Assembly: GCA_904063045.1 (NCBI GenBank)
Contig: CAJFCJ010000013.1
Coordinates: forward strand, 124,001 to 188,000
Source of the DNA: Dimorphilus gyrociliatus
Lineage: Eukaryota; Animalia; Annelida
Length of the DNA: 64,000 nucleotides
Direction of reading: 5' to 3'
Below the pieces are notes generated by a model. It did no database searches, was not told where the DNA came from, and saw nothing but the letters and a program-made list of their open reading frames with translations. Position 1 is the first letter of the stretch; each line of letters begins with the position of its first letter. Shown one piece after another: positions 38,215 to 52,100 of the stretch. The position numbers and the translations under genes were made by a program.

Positions 38215-40198
38215 TTAACAACGTTCATTATCAGTTAACTTGTCTTCTAATTGGGTTTTCCAATTTTCATCAATTTCCTCTTCTTCCTCTTCGCCCTCTT
38301 TTAATTCTTCGACTTTCATATCAGATGTCTTATCTGGTTTCAATATCTCGATATCGTAATATACGGTTTTACTCCTTGCCCAACTATACGAATTATCAAA
38401 AATAACCAAATCTAAAAGAATTTAAAAATGTAAATTTCAGTCTAATTATTATTATTATTATTATTATTATATAACTCTATGAATATTAATTAGATATGAA
38501 TTTATAATGCTTACAAAGTCCCTTCTCCTGTAGGCGTATAGATCCTGATTCTGGTACGAGATGGCAGTTCAATCTTTTTGGTTGAATTAACGGTTGCATA
38601 TCTTTAACAGAATCTTTTGGATTTTTAGCCTTAAATATTCCAAATCCAACATCATGATTATCCGTTTGAAAAGCGTATTTCAGTGCTGAATTCTCTTCGT
38701 CAACGTTAAATTCAATCCTCTTAGCACTTCCCCTCTTAACATTAATCTTTACTGTATTCTTCTCATTCAATAAACCTTTATCCTTCAAAAAATATGACTT
38801 TGGCACTTCCGTCCCATAAATGACCTTCGTTTTACAAAATTCGTCGCCATTTTCATCTATCTGCGTTCCACCCCAACTGACGGGTAATTGATCAGCTTCA
38901 ATAAACTTGCCAAGAACTTTACTCTTCCAATCACCTAATTGGTTAGATTAGAAAAATGAGAAAGTAAAGTGGAAAAAGAAGAAAGGAGGAAATAGAGAAA
39001 GAAAAGATGCTTACTTCCAAAAATATGAATTTTCCTTTTAGTATCATCACTCATAAATGGTTTTAACACGTTGAATACAAGAGGGAATATCCTTGGCGCT
39101 AGAAAAAGTATAATTGTTTTCTCTCTTAATTACTTATTATTAGTGAGAAATTTAATAAGGGAAAACTATTTCCTATACTATTCGTGTATATATATATATA
39201 TATATATTTGAATATAGTATAATCTCTTCCCAATAGGAGTAGGTACTATTTATTGAATAGAAGATGGAGGGAATTATTTCATACCATTGATAACGTAGGC
39301 AGCACCTAAGAACTCTGGAAAATTCGATTCGTATATCCTTAATACTTCGTACATTTGATCCATTCCTAAAGAAAAAAAATGAAATCGATTTATATTATTA
39401 GTTTTCTTTATCTCTTCTTCTTCTTCTTCCTTCTCTTTCTCTTCCTCTTTTTTTATTATACTTTTATCGTCTAAACAAACATATTATTAAAAAACAAACC
39501 TGGAACGAAGAATTGCTTTAAAGTAAGACCATCCATATCGGCTACTACAGTTGTTTGATCGATCTGCTTTCCCGTCTATGGGATGAGATAGGCGTATATG
39601 TTTTATACTGGATTATAGCATATTATATAGCATATAAAAACCTTAGCAGTTTGTTCCTTTCCTATTTCCAACAATCTCATCATTCGTTTTATATGAAATT
39701 TATGTAAATCAGACTTATTTACCGATCTAAATATTCCTTTAAAATCCATTCCTCTACAAGCCATAAGAAACAAAGGTCTACCATCCGTATCAAAGCCGGT
39801 TGTCCCACCTGTCCAATGCTTCTCCAATACCTCAGGATCCTTAAATTCCGTCAACAGGCTATCAGTACCAAATTCATCCCTCCACTTCATACTATTTCGA
39901 AACATCGATTCAGCTTTCGAAATGTCATAGTTGCGAGCTAAATATGGTTAAAATCATATATACTATATATATATATTATATGTATATACATTTTTACCTT
40001 TAAGCCACTTTACAAGATAATAGTCGGTGTGTGTAGGCCGAATTTCATCCTTAATTACTTCTTTAAACTAGTAGTAAGAATATAAAAGAGTTAGTAATAG
40101 TCCAAGCCAAATTTTAAATATCATACTACCTTAGCTAATATATTCCATTGTTTATCGGTTATTCCTAATTCCTGAGCAGTTAGTTCTAGAGAAGCCAT
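38215..40198 (-). CDS. SEC14L2/3/4-like protein, copy 2, 430 aa with acidic C-tail. Exons 40198-40130, 40067-39998, 39937-39642, 39575-39500, 39365-39285, 39098-39015, 38934-38515, 38411-38215
   Basis: TDYYLVKWLKARNYDISKAESMFR, YESNFPEFLGAAYVINAPRIFP, DQLPVSWGG, DNHDVGFGIF, FDNSYSWARSK; all junctions phase-compatible. Confidence 0.92.
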
Positions 40199-41179
40199 AT
40201 CTGTCTTTTCTTGCTATCTGGTGTCGAGTAAAAATTTATACTAAAATGTATAAAAAAAAAAAGAGAACAAGCCTATTTTGGTCAGAAAAAAAAAATAAAA
40301 TGATAAAATTACAGTGGCCTATTTCTATTTTTTATGTGTCAAGGTACGGTACCGTTTAAATATGTATTAATTCTATGGATATTTAAACGGTACTAACCAC
40401 GATATTCTCTGGAAATGTACTCTTCTTCTTTAATCTTATTTGTTTTTTGTTCTTAAAAAAAATTGAAATAATCAACTAGTTCCTTTTTCTCGTACTTTAT
40501 TTTTGTTTATTAATATTCATAAACCTATTAACGATGAAATCTTTCTTCCTTCCTTATAGGGTAATGTTATTTCTTCTTTATGTTGTTTTGTTCGTAGACG
40601 TCTATATTTTCTCCATCAATACATTTGTTTTTGGAAGATTCCTTATAGATGTCGTCGTTCTCTTAAGTGAAAGATTTTTAATATTCTACTCAAAACATTC
40701 GAGCAATACGTTTATTGAATACAGACCTCTTTTTTTTTCTCTTTCTGTATTGAACTCTTCATAAAAGCATTTGCCAGCTTGCTCACAGTTCTATCTATCT
40801 ATCTATCTATCTGTTTTTACGCACCTTTGTCTCTCTCTCTCTCTGTCTCTCATATTTTTTACTTTCTTTCTATCTTTCAATTCTTCCAACCCGTAAGAGT
40901 CTTAGGACTTTTCTTCCCCTTTTTTATTGCGAATTACATACTGCCTATATAATATATATATATATATATATACTGTATATAAATAATTAACACTATTTAA
41001 AACGACTATTAATTTATATTTTCCAATAGCATAGTATTATAGTAAGATACTTGATTAAAATTGGAGATTAGTTTTCTTCTTTTTCTTCTTCTTATTGTTA
41101 TTATCATTCTTAGCTTCATCCTCAATCTATATATCTTTCTTTTCTCCTTTCTTTATCATTATATTTACAATATAAACTT

Positions 41180-43381
41180 TTATATAATATTTTCAAATTC
41201 GTCGTCACTAGAACCGTCGTCCTCTTTACCCTTGAAACAATCAGCTTCCAAAGTATTTTTTCCATTTTCTCCTAATGCTTCTTCGACATCTTCCAAATTT
41301 TCAACGTCATAGGTTCTTTCCGTATCCGGTTCAATTATTTCGGCTTCGTAGTAGATTGTCTTTCCTTTCGTCCAACTGAAACTATTATCGAAAGCTAAGA
41401 AATCTGCTAGGAAAACGAAAATGAGCGTTTTTTTATCCTATACGATAACATGTTCTTACATAGTCCGGAGTCCCTTAAACTGATAGATCCTGATTCCGGC
41501 ACTAAATGACAATCGACTCTCTTCGATTTTATTAAGGGCGTCATATCTTTAATGGAATCATCTGGAGAATTCGCTTTGAAAATCCCATATCCAATATCGT
41601 AATGATCCGTTTGAAAGACATATCTGAGACACGAATTATCTTTCTGTGCCTCAAATCCTACTTTTTTAACAGATCCGCGTTTAACCTTTAGCTTTAAAGC
41701 TTTATCTTGATTTAGCAGTCCCTGATCTTTTAAGTAAAAAGATCTCGGCACTGTAGAGCCATAGACCACCTTAGATCTGCACCATTCGTCACCATCCCTA
41801 TCGATTTGGGTTCCTCCCCAGCCAAGAGGTAATTGATCTTCGTTAATATGAACACCTATAATCTTTTCCTTCCAATCTCCTATTTGGTAAGAATAATAAA
41901 AAAGATCGTATACAGAGAAAAAGAAGGGAAACCTAATAAAAAAAAGGAATAGTCGCTATCAAAAGAGGAACGCGAAGATATAAGAAGGATATGGGAAAAT
42001 ATATATGGAGAAAAAACTTTTCTTCCCCTCCCCACCTCCACCCCTTTATTTATTCTTCGATAGCTAGTGTTTAAGCGAACGTAGGACTACATTTTCATTT
42101 TCTTATCAGTTGTATCTATATACTGAGAGATCTGTACGGATAAGAAGGCAAGAGCTATACTACTGGGTTACATTATCACTACAAGCTTCTTTTAAACTTA
42201 GGACTATCATTAATACAGCAATAGAGTTGAAGGTTAAACACTTACGGCCATAAATATGAATTTTTTGTTTAGTATCTTCGCTCATAATAGGCTTGACAAC
42301 ATTAAAGATAATCGGAAATATTCGTGGTGCTATTATTCCAATTGAAAAAAGTATATTATAAGAAAGTTTGTACCATCCATCACCAATATTTCATCATTTT
42401 TATTACCGTTTACAACATAAAATGCTCCTAAAAATTCCGGATAATTAGCTTCGTACAACTTCAATATATCGTAAACTTGATTAATTCCTACCAAGAATTA
42501 TTTAAATATAGATCGATAAATTATTAATTAAATATTATATTAAAACCTGGAACGAAGAACTGCTTAAGCGTTAGTCCGTTTAAATCGGCAATTCCAACGG
42601 CTTGATCAATTCTAACATTTAGCTTTTTTTTTATTTTTTATGTTATTAAGAATATTGTAGAAGAGAGGAGGTGCGTCGCGGATGGAGTGGGAAGATGACC
42701 AAAAATGATAGTAGGAGGATAAAGAGGAAAAAGGATAAAAAAATAGTTTATAATATATAATGTTTGTTTTGTTTTTTGTTTCTCTTCTTACTCTTTCCGA
42801 TTCTTCAACGCAAATCTGACGAAATTGCTCCATTTTTAATAGGAAAAACTTTTGCAATTCCGTCTTAGTAACGGATTGAAAAATTCCTTCCAAATCTAAA
42901 TCCTTTGCTGTCAATAAATAAATAGGTCTGTTGTTCCTGTCAAATCCAGTAGTACCTCCAGGTATATAATTCAAAAGAACTTCGGAAGGTTTAAACTTTT
43001 CGACAAGGTCATCGATTTCGAATTCTTTTCTCCATAATAAACTCTTTCTGATCATTATTTGTGCTTTTGAAATATTGAAATTTCTTGCTGTTTTATAAAT
43101 ATACTAATTATAATGGCTTGTTTTATATTGACAAACAAAACGTAAAAATCATAATCAATAAAGAATGTAATACCACCTTTCAGCCATTTTAACAGATAAA
43201 AATCATCGTGATGAGATTGTAGAACATCGTTTAAAGATTGACGAAACTAGAATAATAAAAAAAAAGAGAAATAAAAAAGATAATCTGCGAAAAGTACTGA
43301 AAAATTAACAAAAGAACTTGCTTGTATTAGAATTTCATGTTCCCTTTCGCTCAAATCAAGGTTACTAGAAGAAGATGCCAT
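41180..43381 (-). CDS. SEC14L2/3/4-like protein, copy 3, ~436 aa with acidic C-tail. Exons 43381-43322, 43246-43177, 43087-42792, 42622-42547, 42487-42407, 42329-42246, 41879-41460, 41403-41180
   Basis: DDFYLLKWLKARNFNISKA, YEANYPEFLGAFYVVNAPRIFP, DQLPLGWGG, FDNSFSWTKGK. Exons 2-7 have the same lengths as in copy 2 (70, 296, 76, 81, 84, 420 nt). Confidence 0.92.
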
Positions 43382-45362
43382 CCTCTTTGAAAAAAGAAAC
43401 AATGTTTGTTTGTTGAATATCAACAGATTTATTATCTAATTTCCAAAAATAACAAAATTAAGATATCGATATAAAGGTAGAAAGAGAGAAAGGAATAGAT
43501 AGATAGATAGAGAGAACGATCGAGCGAGCGAACGAGCGACAAAGAAGAAAAAGTTAAAAATTATCAATAATCTGTAGAAACCAATTGATTTATTTGATAA
43601 ATTTAAACAGATATTTCTTATCTTATAACAAATCTTATTTGATAATATAAATAAATTAATAATGTCAACGTGCTGCCATCTAACAAATAAGTTTAAATTG
43701 TATTTTAAATAGTCATTTAGAGTAAATATTATTATCTACAGATGAATACATAGAAAAGAAAAGTACATAAGACGCGAGATAATTTTATGTAAATATATTT
43801 AAATGAGATTAAAATATATATATATATAGAAAGTGAGAGTAAGTAATAAATATATATGCATGTGCATATATTTTTAAATAACAGAAAGAAGGAAATCATG
43901 GAAAACAATCTGTGATTAATTATTAATATGATTATTATTTCACTATATAAGCTAACTGACTGAGTAAATCACAAATTCTAAAGATATTAAGCAGCAATGA
44001 TGAATTTTCTTCATGTATATTAAATCAATTTTTATTTTATATATATATATATATATATAAATGTATTCAATATATACAAAATATCAATTATAATATACAT
44101 ATATATATATATATATATAAAATATATATAACATATATATATGTATATATTGTAAATCGGTCGAAACTTATTGACAAATGGCAACAGGCGAAAGCATGAA
44201 CAGAAAGCAAAGTCAACTATTGACGTCTTATCGACAAACGCATGACAAACGCAATTCGAACGATGAGAAATACATTTAGGACATGTTCAAGATCAATAAG
44301 GGTAGCGATATTATCCCGTACATAAATATATATATATATATATTTATAGTATATACTATACATATGTATATAAAGAGCTATTTATAACATCTTACTATAT
44401 ACAAATTATGGAATGTTCTGTTATTAATATTCATCTAAAACATATTAAACATGTGCTATACTTTTTGTACGGAATACTTAAAGGAAACATTATTTGACTT
44501 TATTGAATTGTTCCGGTTAATGTTCAATTTTATTGTGTTTGCCTTTAGAATGACTTAACTGTGTGATTTCATTATTACTTTTAATTTCAATGTTCATAAT
44601 TCAGTAGATTATTGAACACTCCCGAGCACTGACAAACTCAACACGTGTTCAATGCGTCGATCGAACTTAAATTGAATGATAGCCACGCTCAAAAAGCCAA
44701 CCAATTGATTTTATATACGCCATTATATCGACCGATATAGTTAATCGAATATCTTGCTGTATGCATCTATTGACTTATTCGAAATAACAATCTGTGGCCA
44801 TATAACTCAAACTTCATGGAAAGGTCACTTTTTTTCTTCTTCTTTCTAAGAGTATAGAAATTTAAGCAACCTTAAAGTTCTAGGTTTCAAGTAGTTCAAT
44901 AAAACAAGGTATATAGTTGAAATAAGAGAATTAACAGTTGAAACTTTTCGCTTGATACTATTCTGCTTCCTTGTATTGTTTCGTAAAGACTAGACATTCT
45001 TTTCATCTTCCAGACGAATTCGAAAGCTTTTACATGTAGAATTTTTAAATTATTCGATAACAACAATGTTGACGTTAATGTGTCTGGCATAACGTTCGAT
45101 ACAAAAAGCGTTTAATAATTAATGTTACTGAATATCGTTTTTACGTTTATAAAAACGCCTACAAATTATATTAGTGAGTTCGGCTCTTCGGATAATACAA
45201 TAGAAGCCGATTCTGTGGTCAATATCCTTAAAACGTCGTCGATCCCTTCGGCAAATTTTCTCTCAATAAAAGCCGATAAGACTGGAAGCAAAATTCGAAA
45301 ACAATTATCACAAAGACAAAAAGTTTCCTTTTCTTTTTCTCAATCATTCAATCACTCACCTA

Positions 45363-45394
<32 letters not shown>

Positions 45395-46106
45395 TTCACT
45401 TTTTTTTTTATTTTTTTTTGTTAAGGATTGTTGATTTATAAAAGGAAAAAACTTTTTCCTTCCGACCCACTTTTTAAAAAATACACACACTTTCTAATAT
45501 ATCGATCAAACATATGGACTTTTCATCAACATATCATGACGAGAAATTTATAGACAAGGACGGCTTTATTGTAATTTTATGGTAAATAATCAAGATACAA
45601 GTTTACTATTGCGCCATTTAATAGTCTGGTTCGGTGGTCGATTATAGTCATTTTCTTATTAGTTTGAAAATGGATTAAGAATATAAATAATTATAAAAAC
45701 ACGAATTTCATGGTAAGATTGCGGTGTAGATATATTTTTTAAAAATTAACCAATTTGTTAATGTGATAAAAATCCATTTTCATCTTTTTAGGACCGGATT
45801 AGTTTATCATCTTAGACGTAGAGAACGTTTGCAAAGAGAGCAGAATATCGATCGAAATCGCGCCGTTTCTCGTTGATTGACGGAGGCTTCCTTCAAAACA
45901 ATTGATCGGTGATTTTCTCGAATAAAAGGCCGAATCGAGCGAATTGATGCATCACTTGATGGCCGATAGCCAGTCTATCCATTCGCAATCGTCAAAGCCT
46001 AAGAATATTGTTTTCGTCGCTAAGAAAGTGAACTGTTCGAATAGTACTATCGATTTGTATTCGATATGACCGATTGATTAGCTAAAATCGCCCGAGAAGA
46101 TCAAAT

Positions 46107-49100
46107 ATGGCCGCCTCACAAGTTCTTCAATGTTGGAAAGATTTTAATTTAAGGCAGCTTCAGGTGAGTGGATCGTGTATGTTACAACAGTTTTTTGATA
46201 TATTCTTACCAATACTGCGTTGTTACTCGACTGGCAATGGTAAAAGCGGATAGATTAGGTCGAGTGAGGTATAGGGAAAACGCTGAGACAAGATGTTCGC
46301 TCTGAAGCGATCAGAAAAGTAATCAATATGGCGGTGAAACGATTGCATTTAGGCGCCAATGATCAGTTTGTAGAATATAAATACGGTTGAGTCTACTGTT
46401 ATTTAACAGAGACGGTTAGATTGGTACCATTTAAGTACTTTTCAACGACAAATTCAGCAGAGTTGCTGAGTTGAGTATCACTTGTTGCTCGACTCGGACG
46501 TCTCTTACCCTGGTAAATAAGAGTAAGCTGTGTTTTTTTCCTTTTTTTTTTGAACATATTTAACTGATAGATTTGCGTGCAATACAACGTTTTGAGGTGA
46601 AACGATGGCCGTAAATATTTAATGGGTTTGCAAAACGAGAGTCGATTCCGATCGCCGGAGTAATTCTAGCTGTTGGGAACGCTTCGTAATATAAAAAATA
46701 AGAAAACGCGCACTTGTTTTTTTCTTATCACTAATAATCGAAAATTGACGAGAAAACGCGATTTTTCTTCCTACCACTAATATAATTGATAAGAAGTAGA
46801 AGTTGGAGCGAGTGGAGTATTAATTCGCCATATGGTGCGGCGTAGGGCGACGACGATTATCTATCGATCATTATGATTATGATGATGACGGCGAGCATAA
46901 AAAGTGGGAAAATTTCTCGGCTTTTGATTAATGAGTAACGTTGCTTTTATGACTTGTTGCTGCGTGCTGTTTGTCGAACGTATTTGTACGTTTGGTGCGC
47001 CTGTTTGTGGCCTGTTCGATATGATACAGAAATCGATAGCCGCGATTGGTCTCTCAAACAAATCACTAATGGAACTGAATCTACTCATCTCTTTGTCTTT
47101 CACCGAACAATGCATTGTCGTTCATCGATCTTCGATATCGATTCGGTTGAAAGCGACTTGTTGACTCGGCTATATTCTAATTGACGGCGTTGTTTGCGCG
47201 TCCGGGGCTACGATCAGTAATCGATTGATGAAAAAAGACAGATGGTAACGTCAAAGTGTTAGCCAAGCCTCCTCCTGTTTTACATACCAAGCCGCCCTAG
47301 TTTTCGATCTCTTATCACCCATCTTATCGATTCGTTGAAAGGGGCGATTGATTTGCGCGGGCGTTCCGCGTCGTTCTTAATGCGTTTTGAGAAACAACAG
47401 CAGATGACGGACGAGCCAACGAATCGATAATCGGTTATGGATTTCTTGAAAAACATATGCGGCCGCAGTGAGTGTGTGTACACACTAGCAGATGCATGCA
47501 GGTTGGCCTAAAACGGCAAGGCCGAAAAGCGAGGGGGTGATGGATTGATACCGTCTGGCGATCGGCGTTCCCTACACCGTACCCCAATTTTTTTTATTTT
47601 GTAAAATCTTCTATTTCACTTAACCCTCTCCCCCCGCCATCATCTTGCTCTCTCTCTCGTTTCCCTATCTCTCTTTCGAACAGTGTTCGACTATGGGCTA
47701 GAGGCGATTTGTTAAGAAACTGATCGCTGTTTGGCATAGTTCGTTTTAGCTGGCGCCGAAGAGCCGCACTAGCGTCGGTGATGGTGCTGCAGCGAGCCTT
47801 CTAAATGTAGCTTGATAGCGACGCGATCGTGTTACACAAGGAGTTTGAGTTGTTGCACCACCTGTTAGTGGTACTTTCCCTAGCAGGGGGGGAAAGAGAT
47901 GGGGGTGAGGGTGATGGCAGCGGGATTATAAGATACTAGGTGGGACGTTGAACAAAAAGTTTTCTTTACTTGTTTCTTAACTCAACAAGCACCCCAGCTA
48001 GAACCCCTATCTGTATCTTCCCCTCCCCTTCAGATTACAGATCGGTAGTTTCGCTATCCCCTCCTGTTTATTTGGCGATTTTGATTGATTATTGGTACGG
48101 TTTGATAGGCGTAGCGCGTTGCTTAATAAAACATAGGCGCCTCGGTACCGACTGACGGTTGGCGCCGGCTTTTAAATAATGCACAACTATTTTGGCGGCT
48201 AACAGTGCCGAATTCTATTGATCCGACGTTCCCACCTCTCTTTCGTCAAGGCGTTTCGGCGCCTGTTAGTTTTTTTCCAATCTACGCTCTCGCATCTTTT
48301 CGCTTCACCCAATTAAAAGCAACTAACCAGGGTGAAAAGGTCAAAATTGGCGTCTGTAGGCAAAAGCAATATAAGATTTTTTAAAAGAAAAAGGGAGGGA
48401 AAAAAATAAAACGCGCTCAGCGTACAATGAACACGCCCTTAACAATGCTAATGGTATAGGTGATAATCAGAGTGAGTCAGATAGCGATTTTTTCCCTTTG
48501 TTCTTGCGCATCATTAAGGAAACGATTTTTGACGTGATCGAACTGCTAGTTGTGATTGATAGCGGCCGTCCGCCCGCCGCTTTCTCCTATCTGTTCTTTG
48601 TTCGTTGCTGCACTTAACCCCCCTCCCGTGTCCTTTTTCTTCGCTTTCCCTCCCTTTCTCCCAAAGCCCGCCGAGTAAATAGGTTACGTACGTTATTAGT
48701 TTGCCATTTAAGCGATTATTAGTTTAGTGTAATTAGGCGCCACGCGATCGCTGACCCGAAAAATGAGTCGACGGGAATATAAAATAAAACTAGTGCCATC
48801 TATTAGTTGCTAATAAAACGATTGATGGAATGATGTATTGGTTGCTAGCCCTGTCGAATTATTTACTATTTATTATGCCCGAGTAAAGGGGTAGATATGG
48901 ATAGAAATGCTCTTGGGGTCGCTGCCACCGCCCTCCTCAAGATAAGTCGTCAGCGACGAATATTTTTAATGCGAAAAACAGATATACTCGATAGATTAAT
49001 GAAAAGAAACAGTAACAAACATTTCTCGTCTTTTTAAACGGCTACATATATTATATATAAATTTATTTTCAATACTAACGTTTTTCTCTATTTTTCGTTT

Positions 49101-52100
49101 TATAGCAAGAATTAGATAAGACAGCCACAGAACTTGCAACCAAAGAGGACGAATCGGAAGCGGCCAAAAAGAGACTCGTTGAGCAAAGCCGCGATTTCAG
49201 GCGGAGTACTGCTGAAGTAAGTTTTAAAAAGAAAGATAATAATAAAAAAAAGAATCGTAACCGCGCGAAAAAAATTGCTTATTGACTGATGATAGGCAGT
49301 AATAAAGGACTGTATCAAAGTACGAATGTTAGTTATAAGAAAGTAAATAATAGTAGTTATTTGGCGTTTGCGAACGGCTTTTATCGTGTTGACGTAATTG
49401 GAAGGGTTCGCTACAGAGCCGAGTAAAGTTGATGGTGCCTTTGTAAATTTTTCATGACTCATGAGCCCCCCACCAGTCGAACTGTTCGGACTCAGGGTAA
49501 TCGCTGATTTTCATCTATCTTTTTCTCTCCATCTCTCTTTCGTCATGCTCTTTGTTTCGTATTTATTTTACGCCACTAATTTTCTCTAGTCATTTCAATG
49601 AGTTAAGGAAACTTTTTTCTTTATTTAATTCTCTTTTCAAGGTATAAACAAAACGAGAATAGAAAGTACTAATAAAAAAAGCAACGACTTCAAAATATGC
49701 AAAATCTTTTTAATGTAACATGAAATATATATATATGTAAATTTCTTTCTTTTATTTATTCCTAGCTTATAATTCTGATCTTTTTTCACAATTAAAAAAA
49801 AAGTAACATCTACTTATTTATATTGTATATATGATATAGGTGCTAGGTTGTATAAATATAATATTTTTTCTTCTTTACTTCGAACTGTATATATGTAGTT
49901 TTTAATTATGTTAAAATCAAAAAGAAATTTATTTCCAGTACGTGTACAATTTCGTATCTGCATATAAACGTGTACGCTATTGAGGAAGGGGGGAAATTGT
50001 GAAGAGAACTTTTATAAACGGGTGCGCGCGTGTCACGTAAGAATAGGCTTGTTTCATATGTTTAACATTGCATTAAGCTTCAGGTTCTATTTGGCTTCAC
50101 AATCTGTTTCTATAACAACCATTTTAGTTGGAATTAGTTTTTTTTCTGTCTTCTCTTCTGATGATTTTCAAGAATTGAATGAATGAATGAATGCCGATTA
50201 AATACGTTATTTTTCTCTATTGGAGATAATTTGGATCAGTACACGAGTCAATTGTTCGCTTTTCCGCCCCTCCTAGTTGATTCATTTTTCATCCCCCATC
50301 CGTACCAAATATCGTTTTTTCAGTTGTTTACCGAACGGTCGAGCGTTTAATGAAAACTGCCTCATTTTTCTATATGTTCCTCCTTTAATCTGGGGCTGAG
50401 TTTTGCCCGTCTATCAATTTCTATATCGATTTTTGCATTATTTACTCTTGGATTCGTAATTGTTTAATGGAGCTCACATTTGCGTTTATTTTTATTATTG
50501 TTACGATGATAGACGCCCGGTTGATTGATATTGATGATGACGCCCCGTCTATGATCCGGGAGGGGTAACTGGCTCCGATCTACTTTAATATTCGAGATGG
50601 ATGTCCCTAAAAATAATAATGCTAAATGAACGGTAAGAACGTCTTTCTCGGTTAAGATCGCTGCAGTCAATAAGGGGGGGGGGGTTGTCCAATTAACGAG
50701 TATTTGGAAAACGCTTAAACAATAAGGGTATTGGTTCTAGCGAAAAAATAGAAAATGTCATCGTCATTATGGGGCGGCGTAAATATCAATTGGCGTCGTG
50801 CTTGGCTGCCCTGTCGTCTTCTCGACGTTCGGTCTCCTCGAGGCTGCAGAGAACGCCACCGAAAATGTCATACTTTCTTGATATGCTAGAGAGCTTGAAG
50901 CTCTAATTTCCCTCTATCTACTCCACTTCCCTCCTATCCTCCCTCTCTACTCATCTACCTCTCTATCTATCTGTCTCTCTAATTCTATATGTCTTTCCTT
51001 TTCCCCACCCACCTCGATTATCCGCTCATAATCGATATTCGTCTATGTATGATATTACCTCCCGTCGCTTTGTTCCCTCTTAATCATTATAAAGTTTCAT
51101 TCTCTATAAGAATATAATGAGTTTGATTTATTTTTTCTCAAACAGGAACTACGTAAAGTAAGCGCTCCTCTTTTGAAAAGTCTGCAAACTGAAATCGACC
51201 AATTATTAAGGCGCTTTAAGTATGCCGAAACGGCCTTTTTGAACGTTTATAAAAAAGTGATTGATTTACCAGGTAAATTGACTCAATATTTTTACATTCA
51301 CACAACCACACATACCAAATATGTATATATGTATTTTTTGTTGTGTCATATATAATCATACACTGTTTTCTTGTGTCAATACGAAATTTATAAATGCGCT
51401 GTAATATGAAAAGACGTATGGTATATGCGCAAATCCATACATGGAAGTAACAAAACAACATTCATAAAATCAAACACCTACGTATTTTGGGGTTTATACG
51501 TGTATAGTTTTTTTTTTTAGCTAATACGCATAATTTATATAGAAATAAGGAAACAAACAAATATGATTTATGTGTACAGTATTTATATATACATATAAAT
51601 ACTAATAATATACATACATATATTTGTCTTATATAAGGATGTATATGGTTGATATTATACTGGGGAAAAAGTGCCTGCGTGAGCACGAATGATTTGTTCC
51701 TTTTTCCTTTACTATCTGGCCACCATATATATTTCTCTATTATTATTATAGTTATTATTACGACTACGGTCTCCCTTTCACACCTCTATCCTTTTATCTT
51801 TCTGTATTTTGTACCATTACGCATCAATTAGTGTTTGTTCTAAAAGATTGGCAAAAGTTCGATATATGTGTTATGGAATCGCGCAAACATTGACAATATA
51901 TGTGCCCCGGGCTGCGACAAACAAGACCTTGACGTGTGTAAATGATCCATCAGAAATCGATGCGGTCGCCATTAGCGGTGCTGATGCGCTTCGAATGGTG
52001 CTGCCGCTGATGACTTGTTGAACGTACCCTGTGTAAATATGACGACAAACTAGTTTGTAAACAGCAGTAATTATCGGAAGAAGCGCGTCTACTTCCGAAT

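Noticed and set aside
45790-46080. 96-codon minus-strand frame with a single TGA upstream of Cux exon 1
   Set aside because: No start codon or homology; best explained as CpG-rich promoter or 5' UTR sequence.
47675-49490. Similar palindromic motifs (TTCGAACAGTGTTCGACT and AGTCGAACTGTTCGGA) in inverted orientation on either side of Cux exon 2
   Set aside because: Short, imperfect and self-palindromic; insufficient for long-range pairing or a tRNA call.
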